DNA of 64,000 bases from an uncultured Verrucomicrobiae bacterium (GTDB lineage Bacteria; Verrucomicrobiota; Verrucomicrobiia; Chthoniobacterales; JAFAMB01). The position numbers were made by a program, and so were the translations under genes. The notes under the pieces were generated by a model. That model saw only the letters and a program-made list of their open reading frames with translations. It searched no databases and was not told the DNA's origin. Every line of letters begins with the position of its first letter. Position 1 is the stretch's first letter. Of this stretch, positions 52,877-63,145 are shown piece by piece. The DNA lies in NCBI GenBank assembly GCA_963813025.1, contig CAWEXO010000011.1:672001-736000 (forward strand), given 5' to 3'.

Positions 52877-53559
52877 AAGCCTACTTCGACGACTTCGCGC
52901 AGAACTACGAGAGAGTCCTTGAGCAAAGCTTAAGCGTCACCGGCGAAATGGCCGGCTTTTTTGCGAAGGCGCGGGTGATTCTGACTAGAAATATTCTGGA
53001 GCAGATGCATGCCCATCCCAGATCAGCAATTGATTTCGGCTGCGGGATTGGTACTTCGGTTCCGCTTCTGCAGAAGCTCATCGGACTAGAAGAGGTTATC
53101 GGGATCGACGTTTCGCGGGAAACCCTCGCCGAAGCGGCCAAGAGGCATCCTCAAGTCCACTTTTCCGTGCCCGGAGATTTCTCGGGATCGGTGGATCTTG
53201 TTTTTTCCAACGGAGTATTTCACCACATCGAGCCGGCGGATCGGCCTGCTGCGCTTGCCTTTATTCGGCGCGTTCTGCGCCCCGGCGGCCGCTTGGTGCT
53301 TTGGGAGAACAATCCGTGGAATCCTGGAACCCGATTCATCATGAACCGTTGCGAGTTCGATCGAGATGCTCATCTCCTTTCGATACCGTATGCTGCCCAA
53401 TTACTAAAGGCGGCTGGCTTTGCGATCCGGAGACGGACGTCGGCCTTCTTTTTTCCCCGTTGGCTGGCCGCGTTTCGTTTTCTGGAACCGTTCCTGGCCG
53501 GATCATTGCTGGGCGGGCAATACGCCCTTTTCGCGGAGAGCGGCTCAGGACGCCGTTAG
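52873..53559 (+). CDS. Class I SAM-dependent methyltransferase
   Basis: IDFGCGIG, GIDVS, VFHHI, LRPGG, ENNPWNP; ATGA overlap with GT2. Confidence 0.9.
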   Translation: MKAYFDDFAQNYERVLEQSLSVTGEMAGFFAKARVILTRNILEQMHAHPRSAIDFGCGIGTSVPLLQKLIGLEEVIGIDVSRETLAEAAKRHPQVHFSVPGDFSGSVDLVFSNGVFHHIEPADRPAALAFIRRVLRPGGRLVLWENNPWNPGTRFIMNRCEFDRDAHLLSIPYAAQLLKAAGFAIRRRTSAFFFPRWLAAFRFLEPFLAGSLLGGQYALFAESGSGRR

Positions 53560-53561
53560 AC

Positions 53562-55221
53562 ATGGAGCGGCACAGGAAAATTGGCGCACTGGTTTGGCGC
53601 TGGCTGATGATTGTTTTGCGCTGGGTCGGGAACCGTCCGGCATTCTGTTTGAGTCTGCCATCGGTCTATCTCCTTTTGAGCTATCCGCCGCTGTGGAAAG
53701 ACATTGATGCCTTGGCGCAGATTATCGAGCCTGCTTCAGTCACGAATATCTACCACTTTCCAGCGCTGTACTGTTTTCTTTCCCGCATCCCGATCTGGCT
53801 GGGAGACCTGCTCCAGCGGCCTCACTGGCCCAATTTATTAAGTCGGCAGTACCCGACTCTGGCTGGCCTCTACCTGTTGATTGCTTTGCAGCAGGCGGCT
53901 CTCGTGACGAGCCTTGTTCTCTTGGCGCGGACCGCTGGACGAAACCCGGTTGGTCGCGGACTCATTGTTCTGCTGCTCGCGAGCGGTTCTGGTTTATACG
54001 TGCAGGCGCAGACTTGCGGTTCGGAAGCGTGGGGGCTGATCGCGCTGGTCCTGGTATATGCCTTTGGTTTGAGGCTGTTCCGCCGAGAGACTGCAAAACG
54101 GCTGATGTGGATCGGGTACACCGGCGCGCTGCTAATCGCGACCGGTTCCAGGCACATCGACATGCTCCTCGGGTGCTGGTTGATCGTGCTCTTTGTTTTG
54201 TCCGGGCTTAGTCCAGGTGGCAATGGATTCGCTGACTCGTGGCCGTGACCGGGAATTTAAGGAGAGTGAGGACAACGCTCGGTTCAATCGGCGAGCCGAA
54301 GTTCACCACTGCTTCGTCGGCGCTGCGCTGGCTCTGATTTGCTTCGTGGCGGCACTCGGACTCAACGGGGCCATTTCGTTCGCCTTTGCGCGTGTTGCCC
54401 AGGTCGAGCCGCGGACGACCTTAGGGCGAACTTTGAGCGACCGGCTTAAAATTTTCCTCGAAGCCTGTTCGCCGGCCGAGCGGAATCTGATCGCAAATCG
54501 AGTGGCTGCGAGCGTAACGGATCCCGATGTCAAAGCTGCCGTGCTGGATCAGAATGTGATCGGCAGCTTTTACGACGGTACCGAACGGGCAATCGTCACG
54601 CGGCTGGCGGCAGAGGGTTATCAGGGAGAAGCACTCGGAGCGAAGACCGATCGGGTTATCCTGGCATCCTCGCTCGCCTACTACAGAAGCCTCCACCCGA
54701 AGTTGATCGAGGTTATTTGGCGCGATTTCTGGAAGGGTCTTGCTCGCGGAAACAATTCCGGGCTAGCCGCCGCGCCTTTTGAGCACAACCGGTTCGTCGC
54801 CGAAACGCGCTCAGCCGACCCGTCACTTTGGAAACCACTCGTGATTCTGCCGACAACTTTCGCGCCAGCCGCGCTGGTCCTGCAGCAGCGGGCCAGCAAA
54901 GACGTTTATTTAGGTTTCGGAAACCATTGGCGGTTTGGCTACCTTCTTCTCGCCGCCGCGGTTGCCGCGATTATCTTAACAATTTGGCGGGGCGCTGGTC
55001 TGAGAGTTGGCCTCCCGGTTTTGACTATTCTGGTAACCGGATTTGTGGTGTTCGGGGCAACGATGATCTGTGTTTATTACATGGAGCGTTACACAATACC
55101 TCTGGAAGTCTCGGCCTTAGCCGCTTTGAGCCTGGTCATTGGTGAGATTTGTGACTGGCCGGTCCATGGCGCCAGATCAACCGTGCGCTCCGCAGAGGAT
55201 TTTGTTTCGCAAGGCAGATGA
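53562..55221 (+). CDS. Putative GT-C membrane protein (paralog 2), frameshift near 54200
   Basis: YPPLWKDIDAL, HFPALYC, QTCGSEA, GSRHID | TLGRTLSDRL, SLHPKLI, ERYTIP. Confidence 0.6.
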
Positions 55222-56840
55222 AGAGTGCCGGCGCTAATGACACGATATTCCGGAAAGTAGGTCAGAAAGGCCTTTTGATCGCTGTTCTGGCCGCTCCGTC
55301 CATCTGGATGCTGCTGCGCTGGCCGCCGTTGTGGCGGGATGTTGACGGATTTAACCAAGTCGCATCGACCTTTGCGCCAAATGGAATTATTCACTGGTTG
55401 CCGGGTTACTGTTTGTTTGGCCGGTTGATTCTCATCGTGGGAGGTGTCCTCGGTAGCCTGCTTTCCGGACATGGGCTGCCTTATCTCTCACTGGGCACCC
55501 CGACCCTCAACGACGCCGGGATTTACAGCTTGATCATCGTCCAACACGCACTTCTGGTCGGATCGCTCGTTTACCTGCTTTGTTCCCTGACGACCCGCTT
55601 TGGGTGGCAGATAGTTTTTGGGTTATTTCTTGTGGCGACGCCCTGGATGTACGCCTTTGCCCAGTGCATCGGAAGCGAAGCATTCAGCAATCCCCTCATT
55701 ATACTCTGCGCGGCCTGCGGCTGGCGTCGTTGCCGGGAAGACGGGACTAGCCGAAAAAACCTTCTTGTGTTTTTCGGCCTGCTGGTGGCGAGTTTACTGA
55801 CACGGCAGATCAATCTTCTACTGATAACCCTTTTACCGATCGCGCTGCTCTTGTTGATGCTGCTTCAGTCGGGATGGCCGACACGATCAGCGCCGACAAA
55901 TCGGTTCCGCGAAATGCTGCCGGTGCGCGGCAAATTCCTGGTCTTTGTGATCGCCGGATGTCTGGCCGTACTCACATCGTTCGGTATTCAAACCGTTTTA
56001 TGCTGGTGTTTTCGTGTCCCGTTTCGTTCAACGCTCGGCCGCACATTTGAATGGCGGCTCCGGTATTTGCGTGATTTTCCAGCGACTGATCGGACGGCAT
56101 TGCTGACCAGGATTTCCCGGAGCTTGAACGACCCGGTGCTTGTCGCCTCGCTTGCCGACCTGGACACATCGCTACGGGGTGGAGCATCCTGGGACGATCT
56201 CTTCTTACTCCACGACTTGCAGAGACGATTGGAGGCCGCAGGCATAAAAGATCAGCGGCAACGCGATTACCTGGCCGATCAAAAACTGAACCGGCTGGCC
56301 AAAGAATTCCTGCTGCCTCCTGAGCCGTCGCTGGTCCACGCCATCATGACGGATGTAAACCGTATTCAGTTTCTGACCCAGGCTCATCTTTCCAGAGGAC
56401 CCTTTGATGGAACTGTGGTGCTGGCCAACTTCCTTGCTGAGCCGCGGTATGCTCGGTTGCGCCGGTTAACCACATTTCAGCAGCCGGCGGAGCGCCTGGT
56501 GAGTCGCTGGGAACAAAGTCCTTATCTGCAGCTGCTGAACGGCATTCCGCTCATCTGGTTGGGGCCGATCACATTCGGCATTGCTTTCTTAATCCTGCGC
56601 CGGCGGAGCAGAACAACGCTGACGGGTTTTTCCTATGTGGTTGCGTTGCTGGTGGTCGGCGGCCTTTTCGCGGTCGGCAGCTTTTCAACGACCTGTTTCG
56701 ATGCGCGCTTTCTCTTGCCGACTTATTCCTTCTGGCAGATCGCGCTGATGCTGGCAATCGCCGTCAATCTGGATGCGAGCGCCAGCCGAGCAGAGACGAT
56801 TTCGCGCTTTCAGACGGCTCGGAGCACGGCCCTACCTTGA
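55218..56840 (+). CDS. Putative GT-C membrane protein (paralog 3)
   Basis: WPPLWRDVDGF, HWLPGYC, QCIGSEA, LTRQIN, STLGRTF, ARFLLP. Confidence 0.6.
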   Translation: MKSAGANDTIFRKVGQKGLLIAVLAAPSIWMLLRWPPLWRDVDGFNQVASTFAPNGIIHWLPGYCLFGRLILIVGGVLGSLLSGHGLPYLSLGTPTLNDAGIYSLIIVQHALLVGSLVYLLCSLTTRFGWQIVFGLFLVATPWMYAFAQCIGSEAFSNPLIILCAACGWRRCREDGTSRKNLLVFFGLLVASLLTRQINLLLITLLPIALLLLMLLQSGWPTRSAPTNRFREMLPVRGKFLVFVIAGCLAVLTSFGIQTVLCWCFRVPFRSTLGRTFEWRLRYLRDFPATDRTALLTRISRSLNDPVLVASLADLDTSLRGGASWDDLFLLHDLQRRLEAAGIKDQRQRDYLADQKLNRLAKEFLLPPEPSLVHAIMTDVNRIQFLTQAHLSRGPFDGTVVLANFLAEPRYARLRRLTTFQQPAERLVSRWEQSPYLQLLNGIPLIWLGPITFGIAFLILRRRSRTTLTGFSYVVALLVVGGLFAVGSFSTTCFDARFLLPTYSFWQIALMLAIAVNLDASASRAETISRFQTARSTALP

Positions 56841-56882
56841 GCCTACCAATTCGAGTTTGCCTAGTGCTTCGATTTTTGCGGG

Positions 56883-57839
56883 TTAACTAAGGGCCTGTTC
56901 CTTCAGCGAACAACTGGCGTGTTCCAGTTCGCACAGGTAACGTTCTGCTTCCATCGCGGCCGCGCAACCTTCTCCAGCCGCCGTGATCGCCTGCCGATAC
57001 ACGGGGTCAGCGACGTCGCCCGCCGCGTAAATGCCGGGGAGGTTCGTTCGGGTGCCTTTCTTCCTCAAGAGATAGCCATTCTTATCCATATCGAGCTTCC
57101 CACGGAAGGGAGCGGTGTTTGGATTGTGGCCGATCGCGACAAAAACGCATCCAACCTCAAGCCGGCTCTCCTCCTCAGTCTGCACATTCTGCAGCCGCAC
57201 TGCCTGCATTTCGCCACGCTCGTCCGGAATGTATTCGGTAACAATGGTATCCCAGATCGGTTCAATCTTTGGATTGCTCAAAGCGCGATCCTCCAGAATG
57301 GCTGAAGCTCGTAATGTATCGCGTCGATGGATGAGATAGACCTTCGACGCAAATCGCGTCAGAAAGACTGCCTCTTCACAGGCAGTATCGCCTCCTCCAA
57401 CCACGCACACGGGCACATCTCGATAAAAGGCGCCGTCACAGGTTGCGCAGGAAGTCAAGCCGTGGCCGATCAGCCGGTTCTCGTTTTTCAACCCGAGCCA
57501 ACGAGCTGAGGCGCCGCTGGCGACAATCATCGCCTGGGTCGCAATCAAGTGTTCGTCTGTTTCGAGGAGATAATGCCCGTCGTGACGAGAGAACTCCTTG
57601 AGCTCAGCGTAGCGGAAGCGGGCTCCAAACTTCTCGGCCTGCCGATGCATCTTCAGAATAAGATCCGGTCCGTCTATGCCGTCCGGGAAACCAGGGAAAT
57701 TCTCGACGAGCGTCGTCGTCGTTAGCTGTCCACCTGGTTCCCGACCTTCGAGAACCAGTGGAGACAAATTCGCTCGGGCGGCGTAGATCGCCGCCGTCAG
57801 GCCAGCGCAACCGGTACCAACGATAACAACTTTTTCCAT
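56883..57839 (-). CDS. trxB: Thioredoxin reductase
   Basis: GTGCAG, GGQLTTT, CATCDG, GGGDTACEEA, AAGDV, QAITAAG. Confidence 0.97.
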   Translation of the reverse strand: MEKVVIVGTGCAGLTAAIYAARANLSPLVLEGREPGGQLTTTTLVENFPGFPDGIDGPDLILKMHRQAEKFGARFRYAELKEFSRHDGHYLLETDEHLIATQAMIVASGASARWLGLKNENRLIGHGLTSCATCDGAFYRDVPVCVVGGGDTACEEAVFLTRFASKVYLIHRRDTLRASAILEDRALSNPKIEPIWDTIVTEYIPDERGEMQAVRLQNVQTEEESRLEVGCVFVAIGHNPNTAPFRGKLDMDKNGYLLRKKGTRTNLPGIYAAGDVADPVYRQAITAAGEGCAAAMEAERYLCELEHASCSLKEQALS

Positions 57840-58082
57840 GCTTTGTTTAAGTTCCACGAAATTATCAGGGAAGCAAAAGCCTGTATCGCTCACAAATCCC
57901 TGGGAGCAAGGAGCTAGGATCTAGAATTCGGCACCCAGGGAATTTGGCCGCTTCCTCCGAGATCCCGACTCTAAATCCTAGATTCTAGATTCTAGTTCCT
58001 TTCTTCTCCCAGAATGCCGGATTCGGGACAATTTGGTTTTCCTGCTCTTCCCAGATCGGTTAAGGGAGAACACTCCATTGGC

Positions 58083-59234
58083 ATGAAGGTTTGCGATCTG
58101 ACGCAGTTCTATTCCCCATTCAGTGGAGGGGTGCGCCGTTACCTCGAGGAAAAACGCCGTTTTTGCGAGCGTCATGGTCACGAGCACATCCTGATTGTAC
58201 CGGGACCAAAAACCGAGAAGCTCGAAGAGGATCGCGCGCGCACTTATTTTCTGAGAGCTCCCCTGATCTCGAGAACCTCACGATATCGAGCCTTGTTCGA
58301 TCTCAACGCGGTCGAACAAATTCTGGAGCGGGAAAAACCGGAAATTCTGGAGACAAGCGATCCGTATCAGATTGCCTGGAAAGCCCTTGCCTCCGGAGAG
58401 GCCCTGCGGATACCGGTCGTGGGCTTTTATCACTCCCACTTCCCCGAGGCTTACATGAGGACTGCGGCAAAGTATTTTGGCGAAACGGCCGAAGCCGTCG
58501 TCATGGAGATCGCCCGTCACTATGTTCGGGCGCTCTATAATCGCTTTCGGGCGACCTTTGTGCCTTCGGAAGCGCTGGCGGCGGTTCTGAAGAGCTGGGG
58601 GTTGAAAAACGGCGTGATCGTCGAACTTGGCGTGAGGACGGAGGTCTTTCATCCCGGAAAAGACAAAATGGCGACCAGGGAGGAGCTCAGGGTGCCCTCT
58701 GATCGATTTCTCCTGCTTTACGTGGGTCGTCTCGCGCCGGATAAAAACATCAGGACACTATTCCAGGCATTTGAGGAATTGTGCCGATACCAGCCTGGGA
58801 TGTTTCACCTGCTAGTCGTTGGCGATGGCCCCTCTCGAGAACGCCTGATGACACTTCGAAAGGAAACGCGGTCCGTCACCTGGCTCAGGTACTGTTCCGA
58901 TCCGGTTGCTTTGGCAAAGATTTATCGAGCTGCCGATCTTTTCGTGCATCCGAGCGTGCAGGAAACCTTTGGCCTGGTTGCCTTGGAAAGCCAGGCCTGC
59001 GGTGTCCCGGTCATTGGTATCCGGGGTAGTTATCTCGACCGCATCATTTTCACTGACCAATCTCACTGGGCGGCGGACAACTCCAGCTCATCGCTCGCGG
59101 AAGCCATTCGAAAGATGAAGCAGAGCGATCTGCAACAACTTGGCCATCAGGCCAGTGGGCGAGTCGCTACTCGCTATTCCTGGGAAAACGTCTTTCACCG
59201 GATGTTTGACATTTATGCCCAGATCAGGGTTTAA
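58083..59234 (+). CDS. GT4 glycosyltransferase
   Basis: SGGVRRY, YVGRLAPDKN, ETFGLVALESQACG. Confidence 0.92.
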   Translation: MKVCDLTQFYSPFSGGVRRYLEEKRRFCERHGHEHILIVPGPKTEKLEEDRARTYFLRAPLISRTSRYRALFDLNAVEQILEREKPEILETSDPYQIAWKALASGEALRIPVVGFYHSHFPEAYMRTAAKYFGETAEAVVMEIARHYVRALYNRFRATFVPSEALAAVLKSWGLKNGVIVELGVRTEVFHPGKDKMATREELRVPSDRFLLLYVGRLAPDKNIRTLFQAFEELCRYQPGMFHLLVVGDGPSRERLMTLRKETRSVTWLRYCSDPVALAKIYRAADLFVHPSVQETFGLVALESQACGVPVIGIRGSYLDRIIFTDQSHWAADNSSSSLAEAIRKMKQSDLQQLGHQASGRVATRYSWENVFHRMFDIYAQIRV

Positions 59235-59955
59235 GTCCTTTGTGGAAGGCGAAGTTCTTGCGCCAAAGTCGTTACACGTCCGGCGATATCAATCGAGCGA
59301 TCGCTCCATCGTCCGCCAGCTTTGTTGTGACACAGGCTTTCTGGGTAATCCCATCGACCCGGTGTTTGAAGATCGCGAACTGTTTGCCGACTTTTTGACC
59401 GGTTACTATCTGCGTCACGAACCGGATTCCGCTTTCGTGCTGACGATCAACGATGAGGTCAAGGGTTACCTGCTCGGTTCTCGGCGACCGTTGAAACATC
59501 AGATCTACAGCTTGCGCCAAAATCTGGTGTTGGCCGTAAAAGCAAGTTTCCGATATTTTTACTTAAACCGGGAATCAAAGCGTTTCCTGCACTGGATGCT
59601 GCTCAATGCCCCGCGCGAAGTGCCGGCGGCACCGCGCCGAACGGGACATTTTCATATCAACCTGCTGCCCGCAGCGCGCAGCATCGAAGGCTGCCGGCTC
59701 CTGCTCGAGACTTATCTCCGATTTCTTTACGAAAAAGGGGTTAAACGCGTTTATGGCCAGATGGTCACCTTTGACGATCGGCGTGGCTACAAGCTCTTCG
59801 AGCGGTACGGATTCAGGGTGATGAACCGGTCTGAAATTACCAAATACCGGCGTTTCACGTCCCGGAACGTTTATCTCTGCACAGTAGTCAAAGAGCTGGA
59901 AGGCCGCAGCGATCGTATGCTCTTTCCGGAACGCAAGGTGAAACAGACGGGATAG
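59215..59955 (+). CDS. GNAT-family acetyltransferase
   Basis: VRRYQSSDR, GYLLG, HFHINLLPAAR, LFERYGF. Confidence 0.75.
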   Translation: MPRSGFKSFVEGEVLAPKSLHVRRYQSSDRSIVRQLCCDTGFLGNPIDPVFEDRELFADFLTGYYLRHEPDSAFVLTINDEVKGYLLGSRRPLKHQIYSLRQNLVLAVKASFRYFYLNRESKRFLHWMLLNAPREVPAAPRRTGHFHINLLPAARSIEGCRLLLETYLRFLYEKGVKRVYGQMVTFDDRRGYKLFERYGFRVMNRSEITKYRRFTSRNVYLCTVVKELEGRSDRMLFPERKVKQTG

Positions 59956-60215
59956 GGGCTTGGCTCGGGGTGCGGGGGAACCCGCTACGCAGCGATCGTC
60001 GCGGCAGGGAAATGTGAGAAAGTGAAGAGGCCCGCGCATCGTATCAAAACGGGACGGCCACGCGCGCAATTCGCTGGCGCACAACTGCCAGATCAAACGT
60101 CTCCGGCAAAGGCGTTTCGTACTGCGTCAAGACGCTTGGGGCCAAGTCCGGACTGGAAGCAGGCGTGAGGTCGCGTCAATGAGGAGGAGCGTCTCGATCT
60201 GGACGAGCAGGAGCT

Positions 60216-61628
60216 GGTAGTGTCCGCTTTTTTGTGTGCGGGTCGATTGGTGCTTTGCTGTTTAACTCCGGGCAAGTTGTTCTGAGGACGTCAGCTCGAG
60301 CCGGCGAGACCGCCCTCCAGGCGGTCGGTCCAGCGCCGGGCGAGCTGTGAGCAACGGGCTTTGGCGTTGTTCAAGTCCTCGGCAACAACTTGCCACTTTT
60401 CTCTTTTCTTTCTCCATCACAGGCCGGCTTCCGTTGCCAGAAAGCGCTCGCCAAATTGGATGGCAAACTGGGTTGCCGCCAACTTCCAGGTGATCGGCGG
60501 ATTTTTCCATTTCTTAGTGATGTTGCGTAAGGCGAGGTAAATCAATTTAGTCGCGGCTTCATCATTGGGGAAATGACCTCTGGTTTTGAGCACCTTACGC
60601 AATTGCATGTGCAAACTCTCAATGGCGTTGGTGGTGTAAATGATCCGGCGAATCTCCACTGGATAAGCAAAGAAAGGAACCACTTGGTCCCACACTCTTC
60701 GCCAGCTCTGGACCACAGCTGGTAGTTTTTTACCCAACTCGCTTGCGGCAAATTCCTCCAACCGTTTGGCAGCTAGCTCCGCCGTCTCGGCGTTGTAAAT
60801 GCGCTTCAGTTCCCGAGCCACGGGCTGATGCTGTTTCCAGTTACAGAAGGATAGTGAGTTGCGCATCAGATGCACAATACAGGTCTGAATTTGGGTCTCG
60901 GGAAAAACCGCGGTAATGGCTTCCGGAAAACCTTTAAGCCCGTCGATGACCGCGATCAAAATATCCTCCACCCCGCGGTGTTGAAGCTCGTTCATGACCG
61001 CTAGCCAGAACTTGGCTCCTTCGGTTTGCTGGATCCACAGGCCCAGCACCTCTTTGGTGCCATCACGCTGGATCGCCAAGGCGAGGTAAACCGCTTTGTT
61101 TTTCACGTTCCTTCGTCGCGGATTTTGACCCGTAGGGCGTCAAAGAAGATCACCGGATACATCTTCTCCAGGGGTCGGTTCTGCCACTCCAGCACGTCCT
61201 CCAGGACCGAATCAGTTACCGTGCTGATCAGATCGGCCGAGACCTCCACCTTGTATTGCTCTTCTAAAAACGCCTTGATCTCCCGCACCGTCATTCGTTG
61301 GGCGTACATGGCAATGATTTTGGAATCGAAGCCACCAAAGCGTCGTTGCCCTTTGCGAATGAACCGCGGCCCTTCTCATAACCCAGGTAATGGGTCATCT
61401 CGGCTCCAAGCACCCGTTCGTACAGGCGCTTGGTAAGTTGCTCCATGATCCCTCCCGGACCGGTCAAATCTTCCGGCCGCTCGTAGCCCTTCATCAGCTC
61501 TTCAATGATCGCCGGATCGATCTCCGGCTTCCTGCTTTGCTTCCCCTGCTCTGCTTGCTCTTTTTTCTTGGTCACTTCCATCTTCTTATCTCAGGTTGTG
61601 ACCCACACACAAAATTTAAGACACCCTC
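60216..61628 (-). mobile_element. IS256-family element, decayed
   Basis: Imperfect TIRs GGTAGTGTCCGCTTTTTTGTGTG (60216) and GAGGGTGTCTTAAATTTTGTGTG (from 61628, minus strand). Confidence 0.85.
60417..61581 (-). pseudogene. IS256 transposase pseudogene (internal deletion near 61370, frameshift near 61105)
   Basis: AEMTHYLGYEK, WQNRPLE, FFDAL, IDGLKGF, QTCIVH, YTTNAIES. Confidence 0.9.
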
Positions 61629-61731
61629 TCTGGAGCGCGTGGCTGCCGCAGATTCCGGCTCGAACGAGTCTTCGCCGAAGGCTCCTCCTTCGCTAAAGCT
61701 TCGGCGGACACGTCAAATGAATTCTCGCCCT
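61629..61731. repeat. REP family A copy interrupted by IS110 (continues at 63055-63066)
   Basis: tccggctcgaacgagtcttcgccgaaggctc...atgaattctcgccCT|accggcacaagg matches the reverse complement of 32946-33005. Confidence 0.88.
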
Positions 61732-61745
61732 TGTACCTTGCCCCA

Positions 61746-61972
61746 CCAATTTTTTTTCCCTTTTAAAGCCGCCCGCAAGGGCGGAACTCTGGAGGTGAAG
61801 AACTTGGCCGAGGAGGGTGGAAAACTGCCTCGCCCAAAGGTCGGTAGAACCTGTCCGGTAGATTAGTCCACCCTTCCTCGTGCCGCACCTGCATAAGACC
61901 GTACCGTATCTTAGGCCGTTCCAAACAGGGTTGGAACATAAGCCCGTGTTCACAAGGCTCTGTCAGCAGGCG
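61746..61972 (+). ncRNA. Bridge RNA (5' hairpin, target-binding loop, donor-binding loop); ends approximate
   Basis: Hairpin CCGCCC-GCAA-GGGCGG; stem 61809-61821/61867-61880 enclosing CTCGCCC and CCGGTAG; stem CCTGC/GCAGG enclosing ACCGTATCT and ACAAG. Confidence 0.85.
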
Positions 61973-62026
61973 CGCGCCCAAGCGCTTCATCAAACAAAGA
62001 ACCAATTCAACTCGAATTCCTGTCTG

Positions 62027-63037
62027 ATGAAAAAACGCTACTGCATGGGTATTGATATGGCAAAAGCAAGCTTTGACTTTTGCCTGCTCTCCAAGAATGG
62101 CACTCGCCTGTGGCGGGGAAAGTTCAGCAATGATGCGACCGGCATTGGAGCATTTTTAGCCCAACTCCAGGCCCGCTCTTGGCCGCTCTCCCAGATCCAC
62201 TTCGCCCTGGAAGCCACCGGGGTCTACGGGAAGAGATTGATCGCCGCTCTGCACCAAGCAGGCTTGGCGGTCAGCGTGCTCAATCCCGCCCAAGTCAAAT
62301 ACTTTGCTTTCTCGGTCCTGCGCCGCACCAAAAATGATCGGGTTGATGCGGCCATCATTGCCCAGTTTTGTCTGGAGCGAAAACCACTGGCCACTCGGCC
62401 GCTGCGCCCCCTTGAGGAAGAATTCAAACTGCTGGTGCGGGAGCGCGAAAGCCGGGTTGGCGAGCTCATCCGGGAACAGAACCGGGTGAAAAAAGACCCT
62501 TACCCAATTGCGCTGCCCGAGCTTATCAGCCAACAGCGTGGCCAACGACTCGCCCAGCTCAAGAAAGAAATCGCTCAGCTGGAGTCGGCCATCTTCGGCT
62601 TAGTCGCGGCTGATCAGGCTTTAAGCCGCCAAAGCCAACTGCTGTGCTCTATTCCCGGCATTGCCCAGCTCACAGCCGCCAAGCTGCTGGCCGAGCTGGC
62701 CGGTAAAGAGTTCCAATCGGCTCGGCAGTTGGCGGCCTATGCTGGGCTGACTCCTTCTGAATTCCGTTCCGGTGTCTCGCTCTACGGCAAAACCACCCTG
62801 TGCAAAATCGGCAACGCTTTCCTGCGCAAAGCACTCTATTTGCCGGCCGCCGTTGCTCGCCGCTGGTGCAAACCCATCCAGCAATGGGCCGCAGGTCTCG
62901 AGTCGCGCAAGCTCCACTCCCTGGCTATCCGCGGTGCCGTCATGCGAAAACTCCTGCACATCGCCTTCGGTGTTCTCGCTCACCAACAACCCTACAATCC
63001 TAACCTGGCCCGCCATTCCTTAAAGCAATGCCCTTGA
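62027..63037 (+). CDS. IS110 DEDD recombinase
   Basis: GIDMAK (D), LEATG (E), KNDRVDA (D,D), SIPGIA, AAYAGLTP, FRSG (Tnp Ser), MRKLL. Confidence 0.96.
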   Translation: MKKRYCMGIDMAKASFDFCLLSKNGTRLWRGKFSNDATGIGAFLAQLQARSWPLSQIHFALEATGVYGKRLIAALHQAGLAVSVLNPAQVKYFAFSVLRRTKNDRVDAAIIAQFCLERKPLATRPLRPLEEEFKLLVRERESRVGELIREQNRVKKDPYPIALPELISQQRGQRLAQLKKEIAQLESAIFGLVAADQALSRQSQLLCSIPGIAQLTAAKLLAELAGKEFQSARQLAAYAGLTPSEFRSGVSLYGKTTLCKIGNAFLRKALYLPAAVARRWCKPIQQWAAGLESRKLHSLAIRGAVMRKLLHIAFGVLAHQQPYNPNLARHSLKQCP

Positions 63038-63145
63038 CATCCAAGACCGTATCTACCGGCACAAGGCCATAGATTACGTTGCAAGACAACGTATCACCGC
63101 GACAGAGAAGAACGATTTTTACGAAGCGAGGCCCGGCCTCGTTCG

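Larger units (their letters stand above)
61730..63054 (+). mobile_element. Complete IS110 (IS621-like) bridge-recombinase element flanked by CT cores
   Basis: CT at 61730-61731 and 63053-63054; removing the element restores REP arm TCTCGCCCTACCGG; joined ends give ACCGTATCTTGTAC. Confidence 0.92.

Noticed and set aside
61880..62026. 49-aa N-terminal extension of the IS110 ORF
   Set aside because: It overlaps the donor-binding loop of the bridge RNA; the family start fits the ATG at 62027, just before GIDMAK
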